Positions 13,461-28,314 of a DNA stretch of 64,000 bases are shown here, piece after piece; the first letter of the stretch is position 1, and every line of letters begins with the position of its first letter. A program made the translations under genes and the position numbers. Origin of the DNA: Raillietiella orientalis. Lineage: Eukaryota. The DNA lies in contig JAYWIR010000023.1 in the NCBI GenBank assembly GCA_036172245.1, positions 1,736,001 through 1,800,000 of the forward strand, written 5' to 3'. The notes below the pieces were generated by a model. It was given only the letters and a program-made list of their open reading frames with translations. It was not told the DNA's origin and ran no database searches.

Positions 13461-16400
13461 CTAGACTCCTCAGCCCGGATCGGGAGGAACTTCTCACAAT
13501 GTCCTGAGGGTATCGTGTCGCCCCCCGGGGCCGACGAGGTCAATAGAGACCGAGCATCGTTTCAGAACTAAATTACGAAGAGTGCTCGATAAAAATAAGG
13601 GAAAGAATAAGTATTATCAATAGGCACTACAGGAGCCGATATTTGTTTGGGGGACCGACGAGGCAAGTAGCGCTGGACGCTGCAAGCGCCAGACCGATCG
13701 CCGGTCGCCGTGCCCGTCACAGATTCGAACACTCCTCGGCACAAGCAAGCCTCAAAGCACCCTCTTCCTGGCTTCTCCTTTCGCCATCCATCGGCCGACT
13801 GTCTGATCTTCAAGTTAGGGGGATACCCCGGAAGGAATCACCCTGTGAACTCAGAAAGGCTCCGGAGGAAGGAGTCCGTTGTTCTTAAGCTCGGGAGGAA
13901 ACCCCAAAGAAAATCTCCTCCTTATTCTCTCTGGACGGGTACCAATTCTCATTTCTCCTCTGAAGCGGACGCGGAAAGGATCCGCTCCTGGAATTTCTCC
14001 TTGGGAGGGAACCCACACGAGAACTGCTCCTTGTTACTCCCCTGAAGAGGAGGGTGAAGATGACTTGCAGCTTCCTTCTGCCTCAACTCGGGACACTGAT
14101 TCGCGGTCTCTCTTCCTATAGGTGACGACCTGATAATCAGCGGATGACCAGGTGTCTTTGTTATTGCTGTTGTTGACAATGACGATGACCACGTTCGTTG
14201 CCTCGAAAGAAGGAACCATCTTAAATAGTGTCGATAAAAATTCCATCAGCAGCACACACAAAAAAAAAAGATATCCATCAGAAAGAAGCCAACGGAATGA
14301 AAAGAGAAATGCTTGCACGAACCAACTCATGCAGCTGCACTCACAGAGTCCGTAATTGAATGAGGATTGCGTGCCTTGCAAGTACCGAGATCTTTTGTCG
14401 GATCGTCTCCGAATTAGCAGGTCCAGCTATCTGGAATAGAATCCAAAGATCAGGATCTCGGTGATAGATAGGAGGAAGACTTCCGGAATCACCCGCGAGG
14501 GACGTCATCGTTAGGATTCCTTTTCTACGAGAGCATCTGTACTCCGCGGGGATGCCCAAGCTGCGCTGCAACGATGGAAAGCCGAGCCGCATTCTCGAGA
14601 TGGGGCGAAAGAAGCCGCAAACAGGGTACAGAAGCAGGAGGACCCCAGTTTCACTGAAGGGCCAGCCGCACTGGGGAAGAACGGAGGGACAACAGACACT
14701 GGCACGCAAGAACACGTGAGACACCGCCTCCCGAGGATTACCGGAACTTTCGGAAGCGCCTGCCATGACAGCCCGCCGCAGGAGATTTCCTCCCCTCAGA
14801 TGCACTCGGACCTGTCCAGACCGACGTGACCCGCACTGGAAAGCGACCACCGAAGATATCTTCCCCCGCCTGCAGTTACACTTTCCAGCGGAGGTTCAGG
14901 AACCGTGCCCGAGGGACACGCAAGCTTGCGATCGCTCTCTGGAGGTCCCTCCGGTTTTCTACCCTGAGCAGCGAATGACGAGCCGAAAGAGGAGACCTCC
15001 GTTCCGCCGCCATCCATCGCGCAGTGTCTGCGTCCGCTAACAAAGCACCAGCGACTGGAACTCGAGACCGGTTCGTGTGGAAGGTCTTGAAACCAAACGC
15101 CGGCGTGGGAAGAAAATGGAGCACTGCCCGAGGGTGCGATGGATGGAGCCGATGCTCTTCCTCAGGGAGTCATCTTTCATGTTTTCTTTGCTGCTGCCTC
15201 TCGTTCTTCGCGCGACGCTGCAGCATGAGAGCGTGCCCGACAGTCCCGATCGATTTCGAAGCAGGTAGAAAACCTTTCCGCAGCTTTTTCAACATTTCTT
15301 TTCCTTCTTTCTAATTCCGTAGTGATTAAAAGAGAAGAGGAGGAGGGGGCGAAGATTTTGTTGCGGACGAAATCTTCGAGAGTAGCTCCCTCTTGTTTTC
15401 GCGAAGAGGAACGATGGAAGACAGGCAAAGCAGAACCCGAGTCTCCCTCCCAAGTTCTTCTTTGGACGCCCTTGGCACAAATCCTTGAACTGTGGATGTC
15501 GGCGCGGATGCCATTCGGCCTCGCAGCTGAGACACCCAGCCCACTCTGTCCAAATCGTGTTTTGCTTTTGCTTCTGTCCCCATCTCACATACCCCCATTG
15601 TCCTCCGCCGTCCCAGAATGGTCTACTGACGTCCCATTCATGGCTTGTTTTCTGCCCCTCGGCGACTGCAGAATCTGCTCTTTTGCGAAAGAAGCGAAGG
15701 AGATGAGGGAGAGGTAGCGTTGGCTCGAACGCTGCACGGTGCGAGAAAGAAACAAGGAGGATGGGGCTGCCTGAGTGCTGTAGGGATGCTGCAGCAGTCG
15801 TTGGGAGAGTGTTCGGACGGACGAGTCTATGCGGTGTGGTCTGCACTTTCGGACTTCTAAATTAACGGAATGGCAGGAAGCGCTTCATTGCCACTCCTTC
15901 CGGGACTTCCGCTCTAAAAGACTTGCGCTTGTTACCTAGGAAAATCGATAAGATGAAAATTTTTCTTTCCATTGCTTCCACTCTTTCTTGGACCAATCCA
16001 CCTGCTTCATTGCTGGTGAAGTACTGGTCCTCGACGGGTGCTTAAGAGGAGGTGCTGATGATGCTGATGAAGGCAGAAGATTTTCAGAAACGATACCATA
16101 ACCTCATACGGGCAGGACAAGAAGATGGTTAACAGAGTATATGTAATTCTCTACTAATATAATCCTTTCTTTCACTTCATAAACAGAGATGGTCAAGAAC
16201 GTTCTTGGAATTCCAGCTCTTGAAGAACATCGTGGTTCCTGGAACACCAGAATCCCAGAGAAACAAGTACGAGTCCGATGCTTACGTTCTTGTCTTGAGA
16301 CCCCGGTTCCAACATCTCCCCTTCTTTTCTTTCACTTGCCTTCTTGAACGCTTTTGATGCGCTCGCAAACGGGCGGCACCTTCAGTGCGTCAGAAGCACA

Positions 16401-19400
16401 GTCTGGAGTGCACTCGGCCGAACGCGGCTCCAACGTCGACAGGAACCAGGAACTGCGCCAAGGAATTTCGAGCCCTCTCCCCTCCCTCGAGGATGGACAG
16501 CTCCTCAATTTCTCCCCTGTCCCCTTCCCAGCTCCAACTCAACATCCACCAAGGGGGCAACTTTCTCATCTCGAGTGCACAGGGCGCTCAATTGCACAGT
16601 AGACAAATAGGCACACCCACGGACGTGTCAGACCCGTTGTTTAGTACGTGGGGCCGAAACTTGCGGAAAACAGTACTTGGGAAGGGGTAGGGCGTGGAGG
16701 ACGGATGAATGAATAAACGGAGGAAACGGGTGGTCTGGACTTCTCAATGTTAATCGATCTCTATGGTCGCGGTGGGCGACGATGGTGGTGTGCTCTCATC
16801 CTCCCTCCTCTTCCTCCTGCTTCCAATTCCGACGCGACCCAGACTCGTCCATCCTGAGTAAGGCAGCTGTCGGCACCATCCCTCCCAGACCGCTCCAGAA
16901 CATCCAGCAGGAAGGACTCAGTCCTAAAGCCTCTTCAGTTCAACGCCGATCTGCCACTGCCTCGAGGTCTACTTGAGGATCTTCGGTGCCTCACCTAACT
17001 AAGGGCGGCCTACAGGCCATCCAGGAGCCCCTCCGGGTGCAGGACGCAGATGAAAGGCACTGGAGCACCTGGGGATCGACTCCTCGCTGCGCCGGGGTTG
17101 CGATCCCCAAGACCCTCCGCAAACGCCGCGGTTCAGGCCTACTTCCCACCTTAGGACGCTGCATCGCGCGCCCTATCCATGCCGCAGATTGGAGACCAGC
17201 GTCCTCGGAAATGCGATTCCCAGAGTGGCAGCAAGAGGGAAACGCCGGTCCGATTCCTCGTCCCCCAGGCGGCGGCAAAGAAACCCATCCGCCCGACGTG
17301 CTCGCCTTCAACCCCAAGCGACCCGAACAGACGTGAGGCGTCGAAGATTCCCCGGAATTTCCGGGAAGCCGCCGTTCCGGGATACAACTCCCAGGTGAAG
17401 CGGATGAACACGTCGGGTGGAGCATTCACTTAAGACGTGATGCATTTGCAACGACACTTCGAAACCCATCTTCCCATCCCATCCGGAGGAAGCCGGCTCG
17501 AGACGCATCTAGTCTTTGGCATCTCTCTGTCAGTGATCCCTTGAGATGAAAATTATATGGTTCTCTCGGGTGGCTCCGGTTATCCATCACAACGCGACCG
17601 CGGGGCTCCAAGATTGACGCGCCAGCCTTCGAGAAGAGAGAGAGGAGGAAGAAGAAAAGAAAAAAAAACTGGAATGCAGCTCTCCTCACCTGCATTTTCC
17701 TTACTCTTCCCCCTTCCCCCGAGTCCCAAGGAATGGGGCCATCCATTTTTCCAAACTCTGGGAAGAACAGCTTCTCCGGAAAAGGCGCGCGAAGAGGTCC
17801 ACGGCTCTCACTGTCTCGGGATGGGCGAGGCTCGTGCTTGCGTCGAGATGCTGATGATGATGCCCAGCGAGTTCTCCGATTCCGCGCTCGCCTACCGCAG
17901 ATGGACTCCTTGCGCCGCCGAATTCTGGTGCAGGGTCACGCGCCAGCATGGTGAGCGCCATCAGCTTCCCGCACGTGGAGCATCACCACCATCCCAGGTC
18001 CTCCCGAGATGCGTGTAACTCCACGGGGAAACTCCTCCTGCCCGCTTGCCCAACGTTCCAAGGAGTTACCGGCTGCCCCGCTGCAAGAATCGGCGCCGAG
18101 GACAAACAAGGCTTCGGCACGCGACGCTTCTCGTGCGGGCGAGGTCGCCAATCCAAGAGCTCGCAAGGCTCTCCCTCGCTGCGAAGACATGAACTGTGGA
18201 CCCCCCTCCTTTCTTCCCCTCCCTTGCAGTCCAATCAGGAGAGCCACTCCAAATCTTAAGGAAAGATTTTCCCTTTCTGTCCCTGCTTTCCGTCCTTGAA
18301 ATTCCGCGCCTGCGCTCAACGTTCATCATGCGACGGACACGCACGTACGTCACTCCCACTGTCACACAAGGTCTTTCCGATTTTCGTCTGATCCTGCTCC
18401 CCGAACCGGAAACGGATTTTTTTTTCTCTTTTTTTTTTGGTTCGTCTTCCCAACGTTCGAAAGCTCTCGCAACGGTGGCATCCTGAATGGGAAGCGCGTC
18501 TTGCCCTATCGCCTACCCTCAAATATCGTCCGGGCAAAAATAAACGCCTCCCGAGCACTCTGAACTTATGATTTACCATCTGCATTCGTGACAGCTCCGG
18601 TTTGCTGGAGAGTTTTGCGATACAACCTCCAGCTCTTCGGCATGATTTTTTTTTGTTGTTGTTGTTTCCCGGATTGAACGATCTACGGGGCCACAATTCG
18701 CACGTGAAGGTAGCAATGCCCACCGCTTTCCCATTATCCCAATTCCACCGGCTACGACAGCGTTGTCAAACTTGCGAGCACGGCCGTTCGGCTGCTCTGC
18801 AGTCCCCCTCCCTCCCTCCTTCCCTCCCTCCCTCCTCCTCCGCTTCTCACGGAATGGTGGTCGCGCACGAAGCATTTCATTTGATACAACCTTTCAAACA
18901 CAGACAAGTCGCTGCTGACTAGCCCCCGAGGCGACCATAAAACGGCAGACGGATGGAGCACGCAGGGTACACCGCCGCTCGGGCACACGATGGCTTCCGC
19001 TGTCGAAAGACGCTGGAAGAGACGTGCGATTGGGGCGGAGGGGGGGAGAGGGTATCGAAGAGGCCGAGATTTACGCATGCGCCCGTGATGGTCTTCTTCC
19101 GTCGCCGACCGATCACCCGGGATTGGGAAAGGGGTGAGAAAGCCGCCGCACGTGCGCCTGGTCCATGGTTCCGCGTGGCGCTGTGCAGCGATGATGGAAA
19201 AGCTGTTCGGCGCAGAAGTCTTCCTCAGCCCACAGGATCAGTGCAAAAATGTTGGCATCGCCTGGATTCCTGAAACCAGCCTTCGACCCATAACAGAGCA
19301 ATCGACGACCCTCTCGACACCTTCCAGTCCCGGAGTCCTGATCCTTATTGAAGTAGTTCTGTCGTCCTTCCTATAAGTGAGGATGCCGAGGGTCAGTTGA

Positions 19401-22400
19401 GCTGGTTATCGGTGAGGGAAGGGACGATGGCTGGTTCCCAGAAAAGCGAGGCAAATCCAGGATGCAGAAAACACACACGCACCCCAGAGGAAATCCAGCC
19501 GATGCGTGTTCTCGCATGCAGAACGACCCGGAGGAAAACTCGAAATCGGGAAAATTATCTGGAGGGGATTCCTTCGCACACTTCACATCTCGTTTTCGAA
19601 AAAATAGCGTCTCTTATTTCTTGCAGCGGCGCCGCAGCCTTGCTTACCGATCCGTCCCTGCTTTCCCCCGACTACTTCCCCCCCCCCTTTGAAGCTTCGA
19701 GTACTTTCGGTCTACCCAAACATCTTCCTGAACATTTGAATTCTCCTATTTCAATGTACACCCATGTCGAAATACTTCTTTCCAGGTCTTCGTCGCATTA
19801 CAGTCACGTCGCGCAGCTTCTCCACCTGTATCCATAGGAACGCTCCTTTTTTCTGGGATTTCGTCTGTTTTCCTGAGAACGAAGCCCCGCACTGATTCCA
19901 CCCAGTGGCTCGGGAACCTCGCTCGACGGTGTTTCCTCTCCTCCATCCCAAAGGCCGGAAGGCATTTCTGGTGCCATGCGGGGCTCGATGACCGGATCAA
20001 TACCCAACAGGGACACCGAGAGCTATCCAGGATCGGAAGGCTTTTTTTTCCCCGTGTCCTCCGTGGTTTTCCAATCCCTTGGAAGCACCACCTGGTCCTT
20101 CCATCTCAGTCGCTCAGCAACGGCTGTGACCGAGGCCGAGGCGACGGCCGGGACCGTAGCGTCAGCAGCAGCAGCAGTCTTCAAGCGTTCGACTCCGTCC
20201 GGTCATCCCCGCCTCCCGCATGCCCCACAGGCCACACCGGTAAAAGTTCCGTCGGACAGTTCCGCCTTCTCGTTCTGGCAGAGGGTCCCGGATCCCCTGG
20301 TTCGTGCAGCCTGCAGACCTCGGATTCTCTCTGGTCTCGCACACGCCAGAGGCGCTCATCTGGCAGGAGGTGCGCGTCATCTCACGCGGATCCCTCTCTC
20401 CGGAGCGCAGGGCAGCGGAGCAGCCGCTGCAGCGTGCCCGTGCTTCACACCTCGCGCTTTCCCCCGCATATCTTTACGCTACTAGGCAGCCGCCTCCGCT
20501 GAGATCTGTTAGGATGCCAATTACATGGCTGGCTGGTGGGAGCGACGCGGAGCGAAGGACAGAGTGCAGGACTTGCGGGGCGGAATGGAAAGTCCCCCCC
20601 CCCCTGCTCCCCCGTGTGGCCTGCTCGCCTCAATGGTTGACCAGCTCCTTGCAAAAAGTTCACGGACGTCTTCGACGGTTTGTTTTGGGTCGCTTCTTTG
20701 CCTTCGCTGCTGCATCCCTTTTTTTGTTTCCCCCCTCGTTATTCGATCCCCGCGAAGGTTGCCGTCGGATGGGAAGGAGAGGGAGAGAGGAGGATTCTTG
20801 CCGCATGGCAGTGGGGTCTCTCCCTGCCGTTGGGTCCGTCCGTCTTTGGCAGTCGTGCGGAATTCACGCGAATGCTTCGGGAGCTTCCAGCAGAGAGGCG
20901 AGGACCACGCAGTTTCCGGCTCCGTGAGGGCGAACAGCAGCAGCGCTGCTTCTTCGCTCTCCTCCTTCCTCTTCCCTTCGAATCGTCCCTTCGCAGGCAT
21001 CAAAGAAGGAAAGAAAAGTTCTCCTTCCTCCCCTCCTGGAAGCCACCTCAGAACTGAGGACAGTCGATTCTTCTGGAAAAAGATGGAACGCACTCTGCGC
21101 GTCGGCGACGAGGCCTGTGGAGGTCCGCAGGGACTCCGAACGCACAAATCGTCCCAGGAGTAGGATGCAGGAACGGAAGACGAAGGACTAATAGCGGCTC
21201 CCCCCAGCTTCCCTCAGGAAGCGGGTGCTCGCCGAGGCGGAAGGAAAACAGGAGTCCAAGCGAATAAAGCGACTGATTGGGGGCAAGACGAATAACTTGG
21301 GATCGCAGAGGCCTCAACGAATTCTCAAACTTTGGATGGAGCTAGAAGACGAGCTCTCCTGCTTTCCGAAACAAGGACTCTCGGAGAGCTCCCCTCCCCC
21401 CTCCCTCTCATGCGGGCCCATTTTTGGTAAACTGGCTCTGCGGGATGAAACGAACGTTGGGTCGCTCATCGGATCCCACAAAAAATTCTGGTTGCTACGG
21501 ACAGCAGGACGGAAGCAGACTTCAGAGTCCTCCCAGGAGCATGTAGCGAGTCACCCGCCGAAGCAGTCGGCCTAGGGGGTATACGGCACTCGGGAGTCGA
21601 GTCCATCACACACCCAACAGCCGGGATACAGAGAGTCGTCCCTGCCTCGCGCGCTTGGGTCGGAGGAGAGCAGTAGGAGAGTTGTGATGGCTCCGAGAAA
21701 GTAGAAGGGATTTGGGCGTGAACCTAGAAAGAGCCCCTGGAGGAGGTGGCCAATGCTCCAGCGAGATCCAGGAGGTCTGATGTGGAGAGAAGGTTTCACA
21801 ACAACAACCTTTGGGTAGGGCTTGGTCGATCCCGAGCATCCCTGGAGAAATAGGCAACAAGAGATGCCGAACCAAGCCCGTGCGATTGGGAGGCAGGTTA
21901 AGGCTGACATGTTCCTTGACTTTCGAGATGCTGCGTTTTCAGCTGAACTGGTCGCCGGCAAGGGAGGGGGCGGCGGCTTCTCTGAAAAGCGTGGCACATC
22001 CAGTACACGGGAAAACCAAGGACGGAGAAAAACACCGCAAGGGGAACTCAGACGGCGCGTGTTGTTGTTCTCGCACGGGGAACGATGCGGAGGAGAACTG
22101 GAAAACGGGAAGATCGATCCCGAGGAGATCACTCCCCGTCTCCCGGCTCCTAGGCAACGGAACCATCACGGGCAGACCTGAAACCAACGGCGCATCCAAC
22201 TCGTCGTCGACCCTTTGCTCGTGAAAAAAAAAAAAATTCCTTTCAAAAAAAAAAGTCATCCCTTTCCCCAACCGGCGCGACTCTGAGGGATTGAAACCCA
22301 AGGAGAAAAAAATATCTTCACACCTTACCGCAGAAGCAGCATCCCTTCTCATGGTTTCGAATGATGGCAGACAACAGAAGCAAATGTTTTGCAGAGCAAG

Positions 22401-25400
22401 CTATGGAAGCTGGCAAATTAATTCGGTCCGTAGCTCTAAACAGTTTGCGAAATGATGGACCGTTTTTCATGTGTGTTTTTCTTTCTGGTTTTTTGAAGGT
22501 GCTCTTCTGGACTGGTGATTCATCACGGTGCCGCACGCCCAACGAGAATCTCTTCAGCCTCTTATTCCTAAGGATGAGCTGTTGACTCTTAGGGAATGAT
22601 CTGTGAAGGATTGAAGTGCGTTTCGTTCACCCACAGCATGGAAGAGGACGGAGAAGAATCGAACAGGTCACCATGCGAGGACGCAGGGGAAACAAACCAA
22701 AACGCCAAATGTCTTCCTATCGGAAGATGCCTTCGTAATTCGATCATCCTCGTGTGCGCATCTTTCCAAGGACGAAAAATTCCTCGCGAAATCCTCGAAG
22801 GAATAGAGGTCACGGCGGCAGCTTATTCGAAACGGGGGGAAAGGAGCGAGCGAGTCCAGCACTGGCGCGAACTATCCCCGGAGCCAAACCTCCGTGTCTC
22901 GACTTGCATCCAAATGGGAAATGGGTTTGTAAACAAAGAGTGGCACGACTTTCTGTTTTCTTTGTGTTTGTTTACCCCTTGGAGTCTCACGCCATCATTA
23001 TCCTGTCTTTCACATTCAGGAATCTTTTCACGCAGTCCGTGTAAGGCGGCAATGCATTTCGCGTCGAACCTACAAAAGCACGGCCGGGCACCAGTGGGCA
23101 GGCGAAGCGGGAGAATTTCTTCTGCCTCTCGGTTTCACCGGCAACGCTCTCGCCATGAGTTCGCATGAAATTCGATAAGCAGGGAGAGCCGAATGAGACA
23201 GATAAAATCTGCATGTTTCCTGTCGTGAGGACAGAGACGCTCTCATCAACAAACCAAAAATGACAAACAACAAACAACAGCACATCCAGAAGTGCACAGC
23301 CCATCGATAGTCGTCACGACTCGTGATCACGAGTGAAACCCTAGGAGCGAGATGCAGATAATGGAGCACGAACAGACGAGACTTGGGGTGCCACACTGGA
23401 AACGTCAACCAGCAAACCGATTCCTGATGCTGGCTGAAGAGGACGGCACGGAAGGAAAGCTCTTTGCGAAAATCGGAAACAGCGGGACTCGAAAATTTGT
23501 TACGCTGAAAGGATTTGATCCATCTGACCGAAATAATGAAACAACCATCCTATCGACATCGGCTTAATATCATCTGCTGATGAGAAGAACTGCAACCGTT
23601 TTGCTGATCGGTCGTGATTGATCCGGAGAAAAATCGCTCGACTTCAAAAATTCCAGTTTCTGCACCTTTGCCACTTATGCTGATTTACCGCGGATGCTGC
23701 TGCTGCCCGTTTAAGGAGCAGAGATAAATAAAAAACACGCGCACGCACAAGCACACATCGTTTGGAAGTTGCACTTCCAATGGAACGCATGGGGTTGCGT
23801 CACAAAAGTGCAAACAAATTCCCGAAACGCGATCGGAGGAGTTATTTTCGTTAATATTTCCTAAAAACACGTATCGTACTCATTGCCATATGTGTTAAAC
23901 AGTGGAGAACGTGATTTTACGGTTACGTTTTCTGGGGAGCCAGAAAACAAACATCGGAGTCGCAAGGGCATGTGGTAAACAGGAAGCTCGGGAAAAGAAC
24001 GGCAGAAGCCTGGAGAATATTTGGACAAGAGTTCCAAGGAGGAAGAAAAAGGAAAATTCCAGCTCAGATCAAAAGCCTGCAAAGTTTTTTGCGAATCGGC
24101 AGGATACTCCGGGAAACCCCAGTTCACACCCACGAACCCAACAGGAAACGCGCGAACTTAATTTAAATACTTGGGAGTCCGCAGAGGGAATCAGAGCGCC
24201 CTGTCTGTCTCTTCTAATGCATGCGTACGAGATCTGGAACGAGAGTTGGAGCTGCGAAACATTAATGACCCGTGTCATGTTTTGTTTGAGGCAGCCATTA
24301 ACTCCTGACCGGCATTTCATCGTGCCGTCCCACTCATTCGGTGGTCAGTCTACTCCGCTTGCTTTCTAAAGACCTACTTTCCGCACTGAACTACCCGTAG
24401 AAGTCGGTAAAAACTTCGAAGGGTAACTTCAAAACGGATTCCTGGTCCATTTCGAAATGTCAGCATGGTGAGATGGTCGGATAGCGTTAAGGAATAAATG
24501 GATGCGTGTGACTCTTTCCTGGAGATGATTTTGCTGCCCCCGTGTGCTTCACTTTTTGGGTTTACGCACGCAGACCTCTTACCCCGTTTCATCTTCCGCG
24601 CAAAAGGAACGGAGGAAAATCGAGGAACACTTTTCGAGTGCGTTTCGCCTTCGGGTACACACGGATCGCACAGTCACGACTCGAGGAAGCCTCTATTAGG
24701 TTCTCGCTTCCAAACTGCCTGCATCGGATGATTTAATCGTTCAGATATTGAATTTTTTGCATCTTGTTTCCAAGAGCGGACATGCTGCGGGTGACCAGTT
24801 GGTGAACCAAGTGGTCTTCTTCTGGGACTTGTCCCTACAGAAAGATCTTCCGTTTGGAGAATCAACGTGATACAAGCGAAACAACGGGATGTTTTTTTTT
24901 TTTTTTTTTCTTGCGTGTGTCTTGTTGTTTTGGCTTACACCGCCTCCTGGACAGCGGTACAGGAGAGGAACGCAACAAGGGAAGTCTCCAGAGCGTTCGA
25001 ACCGGTGGAAACCATTCCTCTCACCTTTTCACTTTTGTCAGCAGCCTGGACACAATTTCTTGGGTGCTTGCACAATGGATACCGGGTGGCTGCAGAGATG
25101 GAAGGATATTCAGTCGGTCTGTGCAAGGTCTGGGTCACTCAACAGCCGCTCCGAGCTTGGCAGTTCCTTTGGATGAGCGAACCAAAGGCTCATCGACGAC
25201 CCTTCGGTTTGCCGTCTTGAATGAGCGTATCAGATAAACACATCCAGCCAGTCCGTTATTGCTTAATTAGACGTGGTGAGTGCTGGATCCGAAGCTTCAC
25301 CTAATACCAGAAACCTAGCTGCCATTTGATTTTAGCACAACGTACAGAACGCCGTACGGAATACGTATTTTATAGCATGCTAAGGATTGATAAAAATAGA

Positions 25401-28314
25401 AACGATGGAAGGATGCAATCAAAATGGGATAAGCAGTACAAGGATAATGAAAAATCAATTTAGCAGAGCAGCAACGACCGGGATTTGCGGTCCTTCATCG
25501 TATCTTTGAATTGCGGAGAACAGCAGTTGTAACTTCTGCTCGGAGCCGTGATCCCGCTAAAGGACATGTGATTGGCACGCGCTTTTTCCGTACGTCTCGA
25601 ACCCTCCTCTTGCTCTGAAAAGTGATTTGTCGCAAAGAAACGCTCCCGGGAATTAATTTTGCATTTTTGGAACAGGGATGGCTGATATGTGACGGCTGGT
25701 TTCTCCAGAAGGAGCTTTTCCGATGAAGCCAGATGTGAACTCGGTGTACGCCGGGGCATCGGAGGAAATAGCTGTTGCACAGCGTTGCCAACCGTGTCGC
25801 TGGGAATGCAGAGCGCTGCCTTTAAAGAACTGTTAGGCCGGGCTGGAGAAGCCTTCATTGTCTTTGAGCACGGACAAACTCGGAAGACGAAGGAAGGGGT
25901 GTCCTGCATGCATCGGAGGCTTTTTTACCTCATTTTATTTTATTTTATTTTTTTTAAAAAAAAACGTTCGTTTTTAGAAGCACTTCCGAGAGTTGTTGCA
26001 CCAACGGACCCGCACGCACCAAGAATGCGGAACCGGTCGTTTTTCGACCTCGAGATGCTTTGAAAGTCTCTCCATCCCCGACTTACTGAATGGTCAGCAA
26101 CGTTCCTTCCTTTCTTTCCTTTTGAATGAGTTTGCGGTTTCCTTACGAGAGGGATTCCTATGTGGTTGGTCGACGGGAGTTTCGAAGAGCGCGTGGAGCT
26201 TTTGCTGCCGCCCAGCTCGTCGCCTTCTTGGCTGCAACGGCTCCCTTCGCGCAGATCCCCCGCGCTGTGGAAATCAGCGGGGCATTGAGGATGTCGGAGC
26301 AGAAGAATCTGCGGTGGACGAGGAAACAGGTCGTCCACCCGTCCTATTGGGGATAGTCCCCAAAAGCATTCCTCCTCTCTCTCTCTCCCCTCCCCCCTCC
26401 TTCCTTTTCCTGTTCTGCAATAGCGGCGGACTGGTTCTCTGCAGCGCTTCGGAAATCATAAATGGAGCAATCCGCGCCATCGGCACCCTAATTGGAATCG
26501 AACCCACGGAACTGCAGGACGCTGGCCGGTTTTTTCGAAATTGCCGTTCGGGCTTGCGGCAGCTCGGCTGGAATGCACACGAAAGCCGTGTGTATCGGTG
26601 TGCGTGTGTGCGGGGAGCAGATCGGACAAAGTCAACTTTCCCGTGTTAATTATACTTAATTGGCATCGTTATGGACCAATTTTGGAGATATTGAAACAGC
26701 AATCTCGGTACATCATTAAAACTCACAGACAATATTCCTCCGTCCCCTCCCCCCTCCCGAAAAAAAGAGGGAAAAAAGAATGCGAGATTAAATCCCCGAT
26801 TCAAACCCTGCCGTTTTTTTATTCTTTATATTTTTTCCTCCACTGTTTCCACTGCCTCTCGCGTTTCTCCAGATCCACAGATCAACTCGGGATCGAAAAC
26901 GTTCGGATGCGTCAGGTTCCGATACGCCGCGTCTCGAGCCGGAATGTCATGGTGACCGGATCACTCGGACTGAACGGCACGGTCGACAGGCAGTGAGAGA
27001 GGGATATCGGGAGGGAAGGGAGGAGGTAAGCCAGGTGAGTTGGATCGCGGAGAGGGAGGAGTGGCAGATGACGGGAAGCCGAGTGAGTACTTCCTCCGAC
27101 CTCCTGTGAGTTGAGTACGCCGGGCGAAGATTTCGGGCAGAGAACTCAAGGAACCGCGGTGCATGTCTTGTGTTCCGCAGAATACAAAAAAAAAAGGGAG
27201 GGAAGGGGTGGGGAGGTTCCGTATTGTCCAGAGTTCATAAGGAAAAACAGGAAAACACCCCCTCCTCTCCTCCACACACACACCTAAACAGATAGGATCC
27301 CCTATGGCGCGGCTGCACTGAACCTTTGGAAGGAGTGCCTGAGAACTTTTTGCCAATTTAAGGGTCACAAGGGCCGTCAATTCGGAGTGATCCGATCCTC
27401 GACTCTCAGGATTAGCTTCCTGGCTCTTGCAAATCACCTTGGCTCGATCGGCATCCAGATCGGCTCACTCGGGTTCGAGAGAAAATCCTTCAGGGATCGA
27501 TGAACTTCAAGTTCTTGAGAAGCCAGGAGGACGGCAGCCAATCAAGGGATGCTGGTCTGGGTGCAGTCAGAGGCTGGCTAACAGGAGTTGCAGATGCTGC
27601 GAGAGCCAAACATATATCAACGAGTTTTGAACGCTTTTCCTATTCTGTCTGTATTCCGATTGACCTAGAAGATCAAAACCATGGTTGCTGAAAAACTCCT
27701 CCGATACCAGACTTTTGCTTCCAGCAGTTCTTCGATCTTTCTTCACGAGAAAAGTAGTGAACAGCGGGTCCAACTTTGTTCCCATTGTATCCGCTTCCTC
27801 ATTCCATCTGCCTGGTAAAGCATCGCGAATTCCCGATTATCGATCAAGCTACAAAAGAGTGACCTGGCCTTGCCCGTTATCCCCTCGCGTGCCATCGTCA
27901 TCACTTTAAACAGCAGCCACCCACCCATCGTTCTGTAGAATCCTCTGATCACCTTTCCCTTCACGGTCCAATGCCGTTACTTGTGTGGCTTCTTTTCAGA
28001 GCCTGTTGGTAAATATGTTGGCGTGAATGAATGACCTACTCTCGAACGCCCCGGGCATTATCTGAGATCTATCCTTTGCAGCTAAACTGTCGAACCTCCG
28101 CTGAGCTCAGCGAATGCAGTTTTTAAAATGCCGTCACCATCACCAGTATCAGGCACTCCTGGGGCCTCAAATAGTCCCCTCTATGATATAGTCAAGGTCC
28201 CAACTGTTCCACTGTCGTGGAAATGTGGGATGCTTTTCGATTTCTTACACAGAAAGCACTCGAAAGGTATATTTGAATCTTTCCCTGTCCTTCCGGCGAT
28301 GCGTCTCTCGAAAT

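Noticed and set aside
14115..14250. GDDLIISG...DHVRCLE resembles an RT YxDD region, or a terminal exon after a good acceptor
   Set aside because: The Y is missing, a stop follows immediately, and there is no supporting upstream exon or motif.
21760..21950. GRQVKADMFLDFRDAAF resembles the LINE RT motif GKQVDAIFLDFSKAFD
   Set aside because: A single short motif with no downstream PQG or YADD motifs; too weak to call.
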